DNA from: Paraspadella gotoi
Taxonomy: Eukaryota; Animalia; Chaetognatha
Direction: 5' to 3'
NCBI GenBank assembly: GCA_051294375.1
Contig: CM119269.1
Location: 3,792,069 to 3,856,068, forward strand
DNA length: 64,000 bases
The notes under the pieces were generated by a model, which saw nothing but the letters and a program-made list of their open reading frames with translations, had not been told where the DNA came from and did no database searches. Shown here one piece after another: positions 39,551 through 53,300 of the stretch. The translations under genes and the position numbers were made by a program. Positions within the stretch are counted from its first letter, which is position 1. Each line of letters opens with the position of its first letter.

Positions 39551-41575
39551 CCATTTTGTTTTTTACCACTTGTCTTAGGAGTGCTATAGCTCTTGAATGG
39601 CTGGACCGATTTTCTTTTCCCTTACACATATGGATTCCTTTTTTAAAATCTACATTTAACATTTCAATTTTTTTCAAAATAGATGCATAAAACGCGCGCA
39701 ATTTAAGATTTAAAAGTGTCCTTTGCCTTTGCCCGACGACAATTTAACAGAGCCTCCGTGTTTTTAGCTTTTGGATAAATTTTAAAATCGTTTTTATTTT
39801 TATGATTTCTAAGAGTTACTTCAATAATATTTTATTTCGAAAAAAAAATATTTTTATGTTGTTATCTTTATCTTCTTCCTTCGACGTCGATTCCCAGTTT
39901 AGAAGCGGCGTTTATGTCACAGACGCCATTAACGCCACCTCACGTTATGGCGAGAGATTATGACAGCGTCTTATCTCTATCATTGCCGAGAAATAAGTCT
40001 CCGTCGTCGTCGTCATCACCGTCGTCGTCGTCGTCGTCGTCGTCAACGTCGTTGTAAAATGCGACCTTCGTGACAAACGTCAAAGAGGTGATCGTCGTCG
40101 TCGTCGTTGTCGCTGTCGTCGTCGTTGTCGTTGCCTTTCTCGTCATCTTTATTCCGGTTGTCAAACGGAACAAATCGAGAAAGCGAGTGAGACGGTTGCG
40201 AAAAATGTGAAAAGGCGCGGATTCCAAGTAAAAAGGAAATCCAGTGGCTGTGCGTTCTCAGCATAAGTAATTATTTGTATTTTTAGCCAGAATATGCTTA
40301 TAATTTATTTTGTTGGTCAGTCAGTCTCACACTAAAATAGTTACAGTAAATCATTTAAATTATATAAGAACATCGAATTATAAATTATACAAAAAATATT
40401 ATTATCAATTATTTATTAAATTATTAATTAATTAATTATTTTTTTAATAATAATAAAATATTTTTTACGCTAATAAAAACTGTTATTTCCTAATTTAAAA
40501 CGCAATAAAAAAGAGATTAAACACAATATCTATTTATTTAATTAAAAGAATATTATTAATGATTATAAGCCGATCCAGCATTATTTGCTCAAACCTGTTT
40601 GAAATATTTTTACTGAGAATTAAAAGTTAAATGGTTTTTTTTATTAATAAAACTTAAACAACTTTAAATAAAACTTTATAAATTTACTAAAAATATAATA
40701 TAACTAAATTTAAATCCTGAAAAAATATATATTTAATAAAACATTATTTAAATTTTAAGTGATAGTGAATCGCCAACGCGGTTCTCAATAAAAAAAAAGT
40801 TTTAATGGTTATTTTTATTTATTTTTTATTTTTTGCACAGAAACCGTATTTTTCCAAATGTCCTTAATGGACTTTAAATCGACTGCTGGCAGAGATGGAT
40901 TCTGGCTTCGGTTTCATTGTTAACCATACCATACCATACCATACCATACCATACCATCTCTTCCCTTCCCTTCGCTTCAGTGACTTAACATTTTAATTAT
41001 CTTTAACTCTTATTCTAATCATGTTCCTTACGTGAAGAGTGAAGACATTTTTTTTGTGAACGTGGGGTCATTGTTTCTTTATTTGCCATCATCCATTTGG
41101 GTCCATCTAATCGTTAACCACATCGTTACCCCGAAGCCCACATATATATTATTCGTCGGAGATAAAAGTTGCTTCTTTTATTTTTTTTTAGCGAAAGAGT
41201 CTGGCCTCGTCTTTTTATGGTTTCGGTGGTCGAAAGGACGGCGACCGAGGGAAGAAATTGTCTTGACTGTCATAGATCTTGAGGCGAGTGTCAGCTCAAG
41301 ATTGAAAGAACGAGTCGGAAAAAAAAATCGAAAGAATAAAAATATTGTTAGACGAGAAGAATAAAAGGAAAGAAAAGGAAAAAACTTGCCTTGCATAGGC
41401 GAGACAGTCAGCTCTTTACGTAAGGATCGTCTAAAACTTGCTGTCATGGCAACGGGATGATTGCCTGTGATACCTTGCGTGCGGTTTCTCAACCGACCAT
41501 CAGTGACCGCCTCCTGTCACTGTCACACACACTGACATGATTAAAATCTAGAATTGACACGGCGGAAATTCATTT

Positions 41576-41677
<102 letters not shown>

Positions 41678-42224
41678 AACTCATTCTTCCCCCAAAAAAT
41701 GTTCTTTTGTAGATAATCAAGACCAAAACTTAAATCTATATGAGTCTTCTTGGACATTTAGTAAATTAGTAAATAATCGCTATCCACTCGATAATCACCA
41801 TTTTAAATGTTAATTCAATCTCAATTTACAGATATGTAGTATTACTACGTTGCTTAGTAAGGGTGTCAATTTTAGCGTGCGGTAAAACTAAAGAAAACAA
41901 AATTACTTTGCACTGTAATTCCTAAAGCAAAAAATTAACATAAGATCTTAATATTATCGTAATTAATATTTCACGGCGCTGTTTGTGTCAGCGTGTCATA
42001 TCAGTTCTTTTGACATATTAGTTGTTCTTCTATGACAACGATGTCAGCGTTCCGGTAATTTTCTTTCCAGCTTTTCTATCGACCTTTATTGAGCGATCTT
42101 TAAAATTGCTCGATCTCTTTATCGCTTCCGGTTTAATATTTCTTTCCCTTTTTTTTCCCTACAACTCGTCTTTCTGTCTCTCAGACTCTCTGCACCCTTT
42201 GCTATCTCTTTCTCTGTCTTTGGA

Positions 42225-42260
<36 letters not shown>

Positions 42261-44189
42261 NNNNNNNNNNNNNNNNNNNNNNNNNGCTCTCTTCTCTCTC
42301 TCTCTCTCTCGCTCCTCTCTCTCTCTCTCTCTCTCTCTCCTCTCTCAGTCTTCGTCTCTCTGCTCTATCTCGCTCGCTCTTCTTTTCTCACTTCATCTCT
42401 TAATCTTCGCCATCCTCACTTCATAATCAGTGCTACAACGTCACTGGAGAATCTGCTGTCCTCATTTAACGCAATTCACAAACAAAAAAACAACAACGAC
42501 AAGAGCCGGACTTGTCTCCCATCACGTTTGCTTCACCTCACGGCCTTTCCCGTCATTCAATGAGAGAACCGGCAGACTCTGGGATGGATGATTAAGTTGT
42601 GCCTCCACCGCCGCCCCGCTTCCCTGCCCCCGACCCGTCCCCCACCTCCGTCAGCCGCCTCAGCAGCCTCCGCCGTCTCCAGTCGTGCGCGAAAAGGGGG
42701 GTCAACTCCCACTTCCGTGTAATTTTATTTTTTTTTCGCTCTCTGCCTTCCAGACTCGCGCCGTGAATTTTTTTCGGGTGCATCTCCTCCGTTTCTCGAT
42801 TCGCCCAGTTGGGGTGACCTTTTATAAAAACGAGACTTGGCCTCTTGATGGAATTTCGTCCAAAGAGTTCGCCTACTGAAAGTTCGCGTGGAAAAAAAAA
42901 ACGGGAGACTGAATTTGAAATGAAGGACATTCTCGGATTACGCCCATGCCATGTTTGGCTTCGCCATGTATCCTCAGCGAGTTTATAACGCCACGCATCG
43001 CATAGCTGCTACGCTGAGCCACAAACAGGTAAGTCTAGTTGCGAAGCTGCGCCACGTAAAAGTTTGCCAGACGGTACACCGAAAGTGATTTGAGGATATA
43101 AGATATCCGAGCCTCTTTTTTGATTTTCAATCACTTGCTTTAGTATTACGCACTAGTTATTTCGTTCTTCTTCTATGACATTAATTATAGTCAATTTTTG
43201 AATTCATTTGATGCCATTGACTTTATGAGTGGCTGTGGCCCTTGAATCGTTCAGTATTCATATTGACACTGAAATCACGTGTTCAATTTGAATCACACGA
43301 TCGTCATTGAGTCAGTGCTCACCGCCTTATGGACGTGATATCTATCAATCGCAGATTGTTGCCCTTTATTTAGGACAGAATCTTTTTTATTGTCGCGTTC
43401 TTGTTTGAGTCGTATATTTCTCAGAAGTAGAAAAAAGATTTAACCATGAGGACGTCATGAAATTGCTAGTATTTTTATATATACAATTAAACAATGTATA
43501 ATTATACATTGAACATTGAAAAATGATGACGTGATAGAAGCAACGTCTCGATGATATGCTATACTCAGTAACATCTCTATAAAGTGGCACAATGAAATGC
43601 TACCAGAGACGTCGATGGCGAAATGGCACCAAAAAATTTATAGACGGCAAATATTCTTGTCGAGGTTTCTCGGTCCGAGATGATAAGGCCGGAATAATAT
43701 CTGGAGACTAATGGAAGGCTGCTTTTTCACTTGTCAAGGCGAATCCCAGAAGATACATTTGCAGAAATACATTCCTAACACTCTTTGCTTCTTGACCATT
43801 TTCGTAGTATTTATGATTAATCAATAATCATATTAAAACTTAAAGTCTGTTCAATTAAGTTTTTATCCTATTAAATTACATCGTTACTTCGTGCAATTTT
43901 AATATCTTGAGTCGGAATGATTACATTTTTTATTATTTAATAGTAAGTAGTGTAATAGTTAATCAATAGTTTTTTTCATTCCTTTATATATATGTACGGA
44001 CAGTCCGTCGGACACAAAACGAATGTTAGTAATCCTTCGATGTCAAAAATATGATTTCAGAATGATTTTTTTTCTCCTGGTTCATAAGAATTTTAGAAAT
44101 TCAAACTCAGAACTGCAGACAGCGCGCCGTTGGTGTAGAATAGCCAGCCATTCAGGCCAGACGAGTATCCATTGCATAAAAATGAACGA

Positions 44190-44660
44190 GAAAAATGGGG
44201 GAAAAAAAGGAAAAAGGGAGAAGGGAAAAAAGGGGGAAAATGAAGAAAAATGGAAAAAATGGAGAAATAAAAGGGGCAAAAAGGGGAAAAAATGGGGAAA
44301 ATATTTGAAAAAATGGGGAAGGGAAAAGGAAAAAAATGGGAAGGGGAGAGATATGGGGGAAAAAGGGAAAAAATAAGTAAAAATGGGGGGGAAAATGGGG
44401 GGGAAAAAGGAAAAAAATGGGGAAAAAAGAAAAAATGTGGAAAGGGGAAAAAAGGGGAGAGGAGAGATATGGGGGAAAAAAGGAAAATGGGGAAAAAGGG
44501 AAAAAAAGGAAAAAATGGGGAAAAAAGGAAAAGAGGGAAAAAAGGGGAAGGAGAAGATTGGGGAAAAAAGAAAAAATGGGAAAAATGGGGAGGAAAGGAA
44601 AAGGGAAAAAAAAAAAATGGGGAAGAAAGGAAAAAGAAGGAAAAAAAGGGAAGGGAGAGA
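44190..44660 (+). repeat. Purine-rich low-complexity tract of GGGG and AAAAA runs (mirrored at 48035-48500)
   Basis: Irregular units such as AAAAAATGGGG, AAAAAAGG and GGAGAGATATGGGGG, with almost no C. Confidence 0.9.
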
Positions 44661-44823
44661 AATGGAAGGATCCATCGGACTCAAGAGAATTTAAGGTCAT
44701 AAAGGACAAGATTAACAGCGAGAGCGCAGTCATCACCAATGCGTGGCGCGTGGAAAGAATGGTGGGCGAGATAGAGACAGAGGCGAAATGAGAGGGAAAG
44801 GGAGAGAGAGAGAAGAGGGGGAG

Positions 44824-44865
<42 letters not shown>

Positions 44866-45186
44866 CGAGGAGAGAGAGAAAGGGAGGAATAACCCAGACT
44901 CAACCGAATAGAGGAGAGTGAAAAAGAGAGTTATGTGTCAATGACAGAATGAGAAGAAATTTAACGCGGATTTGAAACATAATAAAATAGAAGAAGGAAA
45001 GAAGTTAAAGAATGTTTCTTCATCGTTAATGGGATGGAAGGAAATTTGAGAGGAGAGACGAAACTTCGAAGCCCAAAGCGTAGTGTAACGAGAGAAGACT
45101 CGTTTTAGTATATATATTATGATTATGATTTAGATAAAAAAGAAGAATGAGAAAAAGAATAGAAAGAATGATAAGAAAGAAAGAAT

Positions 45187-45221
<35 letters not shown>

Positions 45222-45222
45222 A

Positions 45223-45267
<45 letters not shown>

Positions 45268-45312
45268 ACAGAAAGAAAAGAAGAAAGAAAGAAAGAACGA
45301 AAGAAAGAACGA

Positions 45313-45348
<36 letters not shown>

Positions 45349-46589
45349 AGATAAGAAAGAAAGAAAGAAAGAAAGAAAAAGAAAGAAAAGACAAGAAGAG
45401 AGGACGACAGAGAAAGGATCTCCTAGTGGGTTATCATCCGCGTTTTTGGCCTTTCCATTCACATCGAATGGGCAAAGATTTTTCACTGTCAAAAGCTACA
45501 AAAGCTCAGGAAATCGAAAGCCACTTTCCCCTACAGAAATTCTGAAAGGCCGAACATAATCGAACTGTCCGCGCGTAGTGAGATTGTGAACGCGTTTAAT
45601 TGATGGAGCGAGTTGATTCCTGATACCAAGTTAAAACTTTAGAGCAATATTCCGAATTATTTTATGAAAATTTAAAGGTTCAAATTTAAATTATATGTTA
45701 TATGAATTTACTCCCTGTTCGGAAACATCGACCACCTGAGTAGCTACGAGTCGAGGAGGGAGAAAAAAAATCTCGGATTCGCGCGAAAAAGGGATGATAA
45801 ATGATCTTTGGCCACGCCCCCTTTTTCCGCCCCTTTTCTGCCCCCCTACCTCCGCCCACTCTTTCTTTTCTTCAATTTTTAACACCTTTCAGATGAACCT
45901 CCGACACATCGACCACTCCCTTCTGAGAAAAATCAAAAGGAGGTCGTTTGAATCAATTCTTTTCACAATCATTATGGATATTTTTTTAGTTGTGTTTGGA
46001 CAAGGGAAAACTGATCTGCGATTTAATGTTTAAGACGTCGTCTGTGTCGACACTGAAATGATAGCGAAAAAAAAAGGTTTTTAGATTTAAAAAAAAAAGA
46101 AATAAAAAAGAAAAAAAAATAATTGAAATTTGCGAAGGAGATGAAAAATTGAGAAGCGGGTTCGTGACAAACGGGACGTTAGTACCCTTAACGGTCGAAA
46201 AAAATCACGTGAGAGAGAGATGAGAGAGAGAGAGAGAGAGTGAGAGAGAGAGAGAGAGAGAGAAGAGAAGAATAGTAAAACGAGAGGAATTAGAGAGGAA
46301 GAGACAGAACGAGTGGGGTAGAGAGAAAAAGACATAGTGGGACATGGCTAAAGAGATAGTGAGATAGTGAGAGATGAGAGATAGTGAGAGATGACTAGAG
46401 ACAGAGAGAAAGAAGAGAGACAAAGAAAGAGAGAGAGAGAGAAGAGATGAGATGAGTCATCTCTCACTATCTCTCATCTCTCACTATCTCACTATCTCTT
46501 TAGCCATGTCCCACTATGTCTTTTTCTCTCTACCCACTCGTTCTGTCTCTTCCTCTCTAATTCTCTCGTTTTACTATTCTTCTCTTCTC

Positions 46590-46622
<33 letters not shown>

Positions 46623-47474
46623 TCTCATCTCTCTCTCACGTGATTTTTTTCGACCGTTAAGGGTACTAACGTCCCGTTTGTCACGAACCCGCTTCTCAAT
46701 TTCATCTCCTTCGCAAATTTCAATTAATTTTTTTTTCTTTTTTATTTCTTTTTTTTTAAATCTAAAAACCTTTTTTTTTCGCTATCATTTCAGTGTCGAC
46801 ACAGACGACGTCCTTAACATTAATCGCAGATCAGTTTTCCTTGTCCAAACACAACTAAAAAATATCCATAATGATTGTGAAAAGAATTGATTCAAACGAC
46901 CTCCTTTGATTTTTCTCAAGAAGGAGAGTGGTCGATGTGTCGGAGGTTCATCTGAAAGGTGTTAAAATTGAAGAAAAGAAAGAGTGGGCGGAGGTAGGGG
47001 GGCGGAAAAGGGGCGGAAAAGGGGGCGTGGCCAAGGATCATTTATCATCCCTTTTTCGCGCGAATCCGAGATTTTTTTTCTCCCCTCGACTCGTAGCTAC
47101 TCAGGTGGTCGATGTTTCCGAACAGGGAGTAAAATTCATATAAACATATAATTTAAATTTGACCTTTAAATTTTCATAAAATAATTTCGGAATATTGCTC
47201 TAAATTTTAACTTGGTATCGGAATCAACTCGCTCCATCAAATTAAACGCGTTCACAATCTCACACGCGCGGACAGTTCGATTATGTTCGGCCCTTCAGAA
47301 TTTCTGTAGCGGGAAAGTGGCTTCGATTTCCTGAGCTTTTGTAGCTTTTGACAGTGAAAAATCTCTGCCCATTCGATGTGAATGGAAAGGCCAAAACGCG
47401 GATGATAACCCACTAGGAGATCCTTTCTCTGTCGTCTCTCTCTCTCTCACTCTTTTTTTCTTTCTTTCTTTCTC

Positions 47475-47566
<92 letters not shown>

Positions 47567-47846
47567 TTTCTCATTCTTTCTTTTTAATACTTAATCATAA
47601 TCATAATATAATTACTAAAACGAGTCTTCTCTCGTTACACTACGCTTTGGGCTCGAAGTCTCGTCTCTCCTCTCAAATCCCATTAACGATGAGAAACGTT
47701 CTTTACTTCTTCTTCTTCTTCTTCTATTATCATTATTCAAATCCGCGGTTAAATTCTTCTCATTCTGTCATTGACCATAACTCTCTTTTTCACTCTCCTC
47801 TATTCGGTTGAGTCTGGGTTATTCCTCCCTTTCTCTCTCTCTCTCG

Positions 47847-47900
<54 letters not shown>

Positions 47901-49639
47901 TTCCCTCTCATTTCGCCTCTGTCTCTATCTCGCCCACCATTCTTTCCACGCGCCCACCGCATTGGTGATGACTGCGCTCTCGCTGTTAATCTGTCCTTTA
48001 TGACCTTAAATTCTCTTGTCCGATGGATCCTCCATTTCTCTCCCTTCCCCTTTTTTCCTTCTTTTTCCTTTCTTCCCCATTTTTTCCCTTTTTTCCCTTT
48101 TTCCCCCATTTTTCCCCATTTTTCCCTTTTTTCCCCCATATCTCTCCCTTCCCCTTTTTTCCCTCTTTTTCCTTTTTTCCCCATTTTTTCCCTTTTTTCC
48201 CTTTTTTCCCCATTTTTCCTTTTTTTCCCCCATATCTCTCCCTTCCCCTTTTTTCCCCATTTCCCACATTTTTCCTTTTTTCCCCATTTTTTCCCTTTTT
48301 CCCCATTTTTCCCCATTTTTACTTATTTTTTCCTTTTTCCCCCATATCTCTCCCTTCCCCATTTTTTTCCTTTTTTCCCCATTTTTTCAATATTTTCCCC
48401 ATTTTTCCCCTTTTTTGCCCCTTTTATTCTCCATTTTTTTCCATTTTTTCTCATTTTCCCCCTTTTTTCCCCATTTTTTCCTTTTTTTCCCCATTTTTCT
48501 CGTTCATTTTTTATGCAATGGATACTCGTCTGGCCTGAATGGCTGGCTATTCTACCAACGGCGCGCTGTCTGCAGTTCTGAGTTTGAAATTTCTAAAATT
48601 CTCTATGAACCAGGAGAAAAAAAATCATTCTGAAATCATATTTTTGACATCGAAGGATTACTAACATTCTGTTTTGTGTCCGACGGACTGTCCGTACATA
48701 TATATTAAAAGGAATGAAAAAAACTATTGATTAACTATTAACTACTTACTATTTAATAAATGTAATCCATTCCGACTCAAAGATATTAAAAATTGCACGA
48801 AGTAACGATGTAATTTAATAGGATAAAAACTTAATTGACGACTTAAGTTTTAATATGATTATTGATTAATCATAAATACTACGAAAATGGTCAAGAAGCA
48901 AAGAGTGTTAGGAATGTATTTCTGCAAATGTATCTTCTGGGATTCGCCTGACAAGTGAACAAGCCCTTCCATTAGTCTCCAGATATTCCGCCTTCATCTC
49001 GGACCGAGAACTCGACAAGAATATTTGCCGTCTATAATTTGGTGCCATTTCGCCATCGACGTCTCTGGTAGCATTTCATTGTGCCACTTATAGAGAATTG
49101 TTACTGAGTATAGCATATCATCGAGACGTTGCTCTATCACGTCATCATTTTTCAATGTTCAATGTATATACATTGTTTAATGTATATATAAAAATACATA
49201 GCAACTTTTACGACGTCCTCATGGTTAAATCTTTTTTTCTACTTCTGAGATATACGACGTCAAACAAAACGCGACAATAAAAAAGATTCTTGTCTAAATA
49301 AAGGGCAACAAATCCTGCGATTGATAGATATCACGTCCCTAAGGCGGTGAGCACGTGACTCAAATGACGATCGTGTGATTCAAATTTCGAACACGTGATT
49401 CAAGTGGCAATAAACTGAACGATTCAAGGGCCCACCACTCATAAAGTCAATGGCATCAAATGAAATTCAAAAAATTGACTATAATTAATGTCATAGAAGA
49501 AAGAACGAAATACTAAGTGCGTAAATACTAAAGCAAGTGATTGAAAATCAAAAAAAGGCTCGGATATCCTTATATCCTCAAATCACTTCGGTGTAGCGTT
49601 GCAAACTTTACGTGGCGCAGCTTCGCAAACTAGACTTAC

Positions 49640-49743
49640 CTGTTGTGGCTCAGCGTAGCAGCTATGCGATGCGTGGCTTTATAAACTCGCTGAGATACAT
49701 GGCGAAGCCAACATGGCATGGCGTAATCCGAGAATGTCTTCAT
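49640..49743 (-). other. Candidate first coding exon of an unidentified gene (second copy on + at 42920-43028)
   Basis: ATG-initiated frame MKTFSDYAMPCWLRHVSQRVYKATHRIAATLSHN ending at a consensus donor CAG/GTAAGT, preceded by a GC-rich region. No homology recognised. Confidence 0.3.
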
Positions 49744-50318
49744 TTCAAATTCAGTCTCCCGTTTTTTTTTTCCACGAACTTCAGTAGGCGACTCTTTGGA
49801 CGAAATTCCATCAAGAGGCCAAGTCTCGTTTTTATAAAAGGTCACCGCCAGCTGGCGAATCGAGAACGAGGAGCTGACCCGAAAAAAATTCCGCGCGAGT
49901 CTGGAGCAGAGAGCGAAAAAAAAAAATAAAACGGAAGGTGGGAGTTGACCCTTTTCGCGCCACGACTGAGACGGCGGCGGCTGCTGAGGCGGTGACGGAG
50001 GTGGCGGCGGCGGGAGCGGGGGCGGCGGTGGAGGCACCAACTTAATCCGATCCCAGAGTCTGCCGGTGTCTCTCATTGAAATGACGGAAGGCGCTGAGGT
50101 GAAGCGAAACGGTTGGGGAGACAAGTCCGGCTCTGTCGTTGTTGTTATTTTTGTTTGGAATTGCGTTAAATGAGACAGCGATTCCAGTGACGTGTAGCAC
50201 TGATATGAAGTGAGAATGCGAAATTAAGATGAAGTGAGAAAAGAAGCTAGAGCGAGAGAGAGAGAGAAGAGAGAGAGATGAGAGAGAGAGAGAGAGAGGA
50301 GAGAGAGAAGAGGAGAGA

Positions 50319-50355
<37 letters not shown>

Positions 50356-53300
50356 AAATTTCCTCTTCGTGCTGTGACATTCAATTCTAATGAAGCGAGT
50401 TTCTTGCTATTTTAATTTTTCTGAAAAGAGACTTTTTATTTCTTAAAAGCAGCGAAATTTAAAAATATGTGCCTCTTAAAAGTAGTTTCCAAATAATATC
50501 CTTACAAAAAAAATATAAAAAAACTAAGTAAGATTTAACGAATGAGAGAGATTTAACAAAGATACTCCGATTCGGTTAAAATCTTTTTTCAATCTTTAAA
50601 ATGAAAAAAAAACTCCGAGACAATCCGTTAAAAAAAAATCTTANNNNNNNNNNTGGCTCGATAATAACACAGCTATCTCTTCCTTTCTCGCGTGCTTGCT
50701 TCCAAGCAAGCTTTTTCGCGCGATTCTTTTCCTTTTATTTCTCTTTCCTTTAATCCTTTTCCTTTTTTCTTTTTAATTACCAACCGCCGCGTCGATTTTT
50801 GTCTTTCAATTTATAATGATTTTTTTTTCCTTTCCTTTTATCCCCCGCAGACGATACCAGACGAATCAACACAATACCTTCGGTCGTTAAAAACTCCGCC
50901 GCAGCAGCTGCTGCAGAGCTGCAGCTGCCCTCCTTCCCTATGCTGCTTCCATCGCTACAGAAAGCGACCGACCCGGAAATCAAAAGGCGAAAACCAACAA
51001 AAACACGCCCCCACTCTATAAAGAAAAAGAAACACACACACAATAACGTAAAAATAAAACGATAAAAAAATCGTCATCAACATGAAATATATCGACAACC
51101 ACAAAGGGTCGAAGAGACATTTAGTACTATAATAAAAAAAAATTGCTGATAGGATGTATAAATAAAAAATAAAAATTATAAAAATTAAAATAATAATACT
51201 GAAAATGATAACAATATATAAATAATTTAACGGAAACCATCAAAATCTATCTTCAATTGCTAATTTTTGGCGACGCTGCGAGCGAGAGAGAGTGAGAGAG
51301 AAAATCGGATCGCGGATAAAAAAAAAAAAAAGGGAGGCGGACGGATTTCCATTAGCGCCCGCGCGTCGACGCTCGGATTCCGGCGCCGCTTTTCTGGATC
51401 CGGACGCCTCGCGGAACCCGGCGCCGGCTTTCTTCGAGTCGCCCGAGGATATATATGCAAATAAAACACTCGAATATGCAAATTAGCGTGGCGGGGAGAG
51501 AGCCGATATATACTGATAATTTAGGGTGCTGGGGGAAGAGAAGAGACGTGTCGATTCCAGGTCAAGAATTGCGGTAGTTATAAAATAAAAATAAAGGTAT
51601 GCAGCTGTTGCAAGGATTGATCTCTCGGGGACCGTTTCGAGAATATAAGTCAGAATAAACTACTATAGCTCTCCTTGCATACATCCTGTTCCTGAGCATC
51701 GTTTCACATGTAAAAACTATTGTGGATCGCAATGTGGGATGAATAAAATAAGGAATCCGCAATCATGCGTGCGTTGCGTCGTAGATCAATTTAAATTTAG
51801 CGTTCAAACTTCTAAAAAACGGCTACGGATAAAAAGAAAATACATTTTTGATGAATTCATTTAAAAAGAAGGATTTTTGTTTTTCATCCTTTAAATTGAC
51901 GGAAGCCGCATTTATTTGTTATTCTCAATAAACCTAAAGTATTTTTTCGTGGAGATGGATTTTCCGCCATGGCGATTCGTGACCTCCATGAAAGGGACGA
52001 GAACAGAGGGTTGAAAAAGAGAGAGAGCGAGATGAAAAAGATTGGGAAAGATTTAGGCAAGAAAGAGGGGGCTGGGAGAGAGAAGAGAGAGAGGTGGGGA
52101 GGGGAGGGAGATTGGTTATAGGAAAGAAGAAGATCTTGGGTGCAAGTAAGAGATGGGATAAAGGAGAAGTCTGGTGAACAAGATGGGACGTAGATGGGCG
52201 GATGGAAGGAGAGTATACTTGGGGGGGGGAGAATGGGAGAAGGAGATCTTGTGACGGGATGGGATATGAGACTGGGGGAAGGGGGAGGAAATGGGGGGAA
52301 GAATATAAAAATTTTTAAAAAAGGATCTTTTCGCGCTGTCGAGGGAATAAAAAAAGAGATTTTCGTCGTTAAAATCCAGGGATCGAGTTTATTACGCGAC
52401 GCCTCGTCTCCGTGGACAAGGGGTGGTGACTGGTGGGACTCATGGGTGGAGTAGTGGGTGGGGTGGGGGTTTTGGGAGTGGTGGAATGGGGAGAAGGAAG
52501 AGATGAGAGAGAAGAGCGAGACGGTCCCGAAAAACTAATTTTTCTGCGAAAAAAAAAAAAAAAAAAAAACAAAACAACAACCCAATAACTTTTGAAAAGT
52601 TAGTTCCAAAAAATTTTCTTGGGGACAATCCAAATTGTTTCATAAATAAAACTTTTTAAATTTTATTTTGGTGGCCTGTTTTTTTTGATTTCTAATATTT
52701 ACCATTTTAAATTATTTTTTTTTTTTTCAAAACATAAAAAAAAAAAGAAAAAGGAAAAAATTTTTCGTCTTGTTTTACGAAATTCAAAAAGATTTTTTTC
52801 TTAAAGTTTAGAATAAGGGGGGGGGAAAAATTTCACCATTGGTCAAAAAAAAAAACAATTTCTGAATGGAAACCCCGACCGAATCTTATCCCATTGCAGT
52901 TTTTTCAGGAGAAGAGAGAGAAAGAAAGGAGAGAGGGAGAGAGAGAGAGAGAGAGAGAGAGACGAGGAGAGAGAGAGAGAGAGTAGAGAGAGAGAATAAA
53001 TGACACAAACGATTTTTTGTTTTTTTTAACCCCCCGCCGGATGCATTCCCCTTGAAGACGGTTGATATTGATTGAACAAACAGGTTTTTAAAGTGGACTC
53101 TCGTTCTCGCAATTGGAGAAAACGCTAATTGGAAAGAGTTTATTTTTAATTACGAGATTTAAAATAGTTTAAAACCTATCGGCCCCAATTGGGGAGGACT
53201 ACTCAATAAGGTGGTAAGAAATTTAGAATTAAGACCTACTCAAACGAAAATTTAAACATTTTTTAAAATTTGAATAGACAAATTTTTTATATTTACTCAC

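Larger units (their letters stand above)
42286..50356. repeat. Large inverted repeat: arms ~42286-46396 and 46455-~50356 with a 58-nt GA-rich spacer
   Basis: The arms are reverse complements throughout, e.g. atagtgagagatgact / agtcatctctcactat at the centre and the G-rich tract at 44190-44660 against the C-rich tract at 48035-48500. The left arm starts right after the 25-N gap at 42261-42285. Confidence 0.95.

Noticed and set aside
44190-44660. Interstitial telomeric repeat
   Set aside because: No fixed unit such as TTAGGG, TTAGG or TTAGGC.
44023-48633. Long K/G/E-rich and F/P-rich ORFs (and the RERE/SLSL ORFs throughout the window)
   Set aside because: They are translations of low-complexity purine or pyrimidine tracts that lack stop codons because of their composition.
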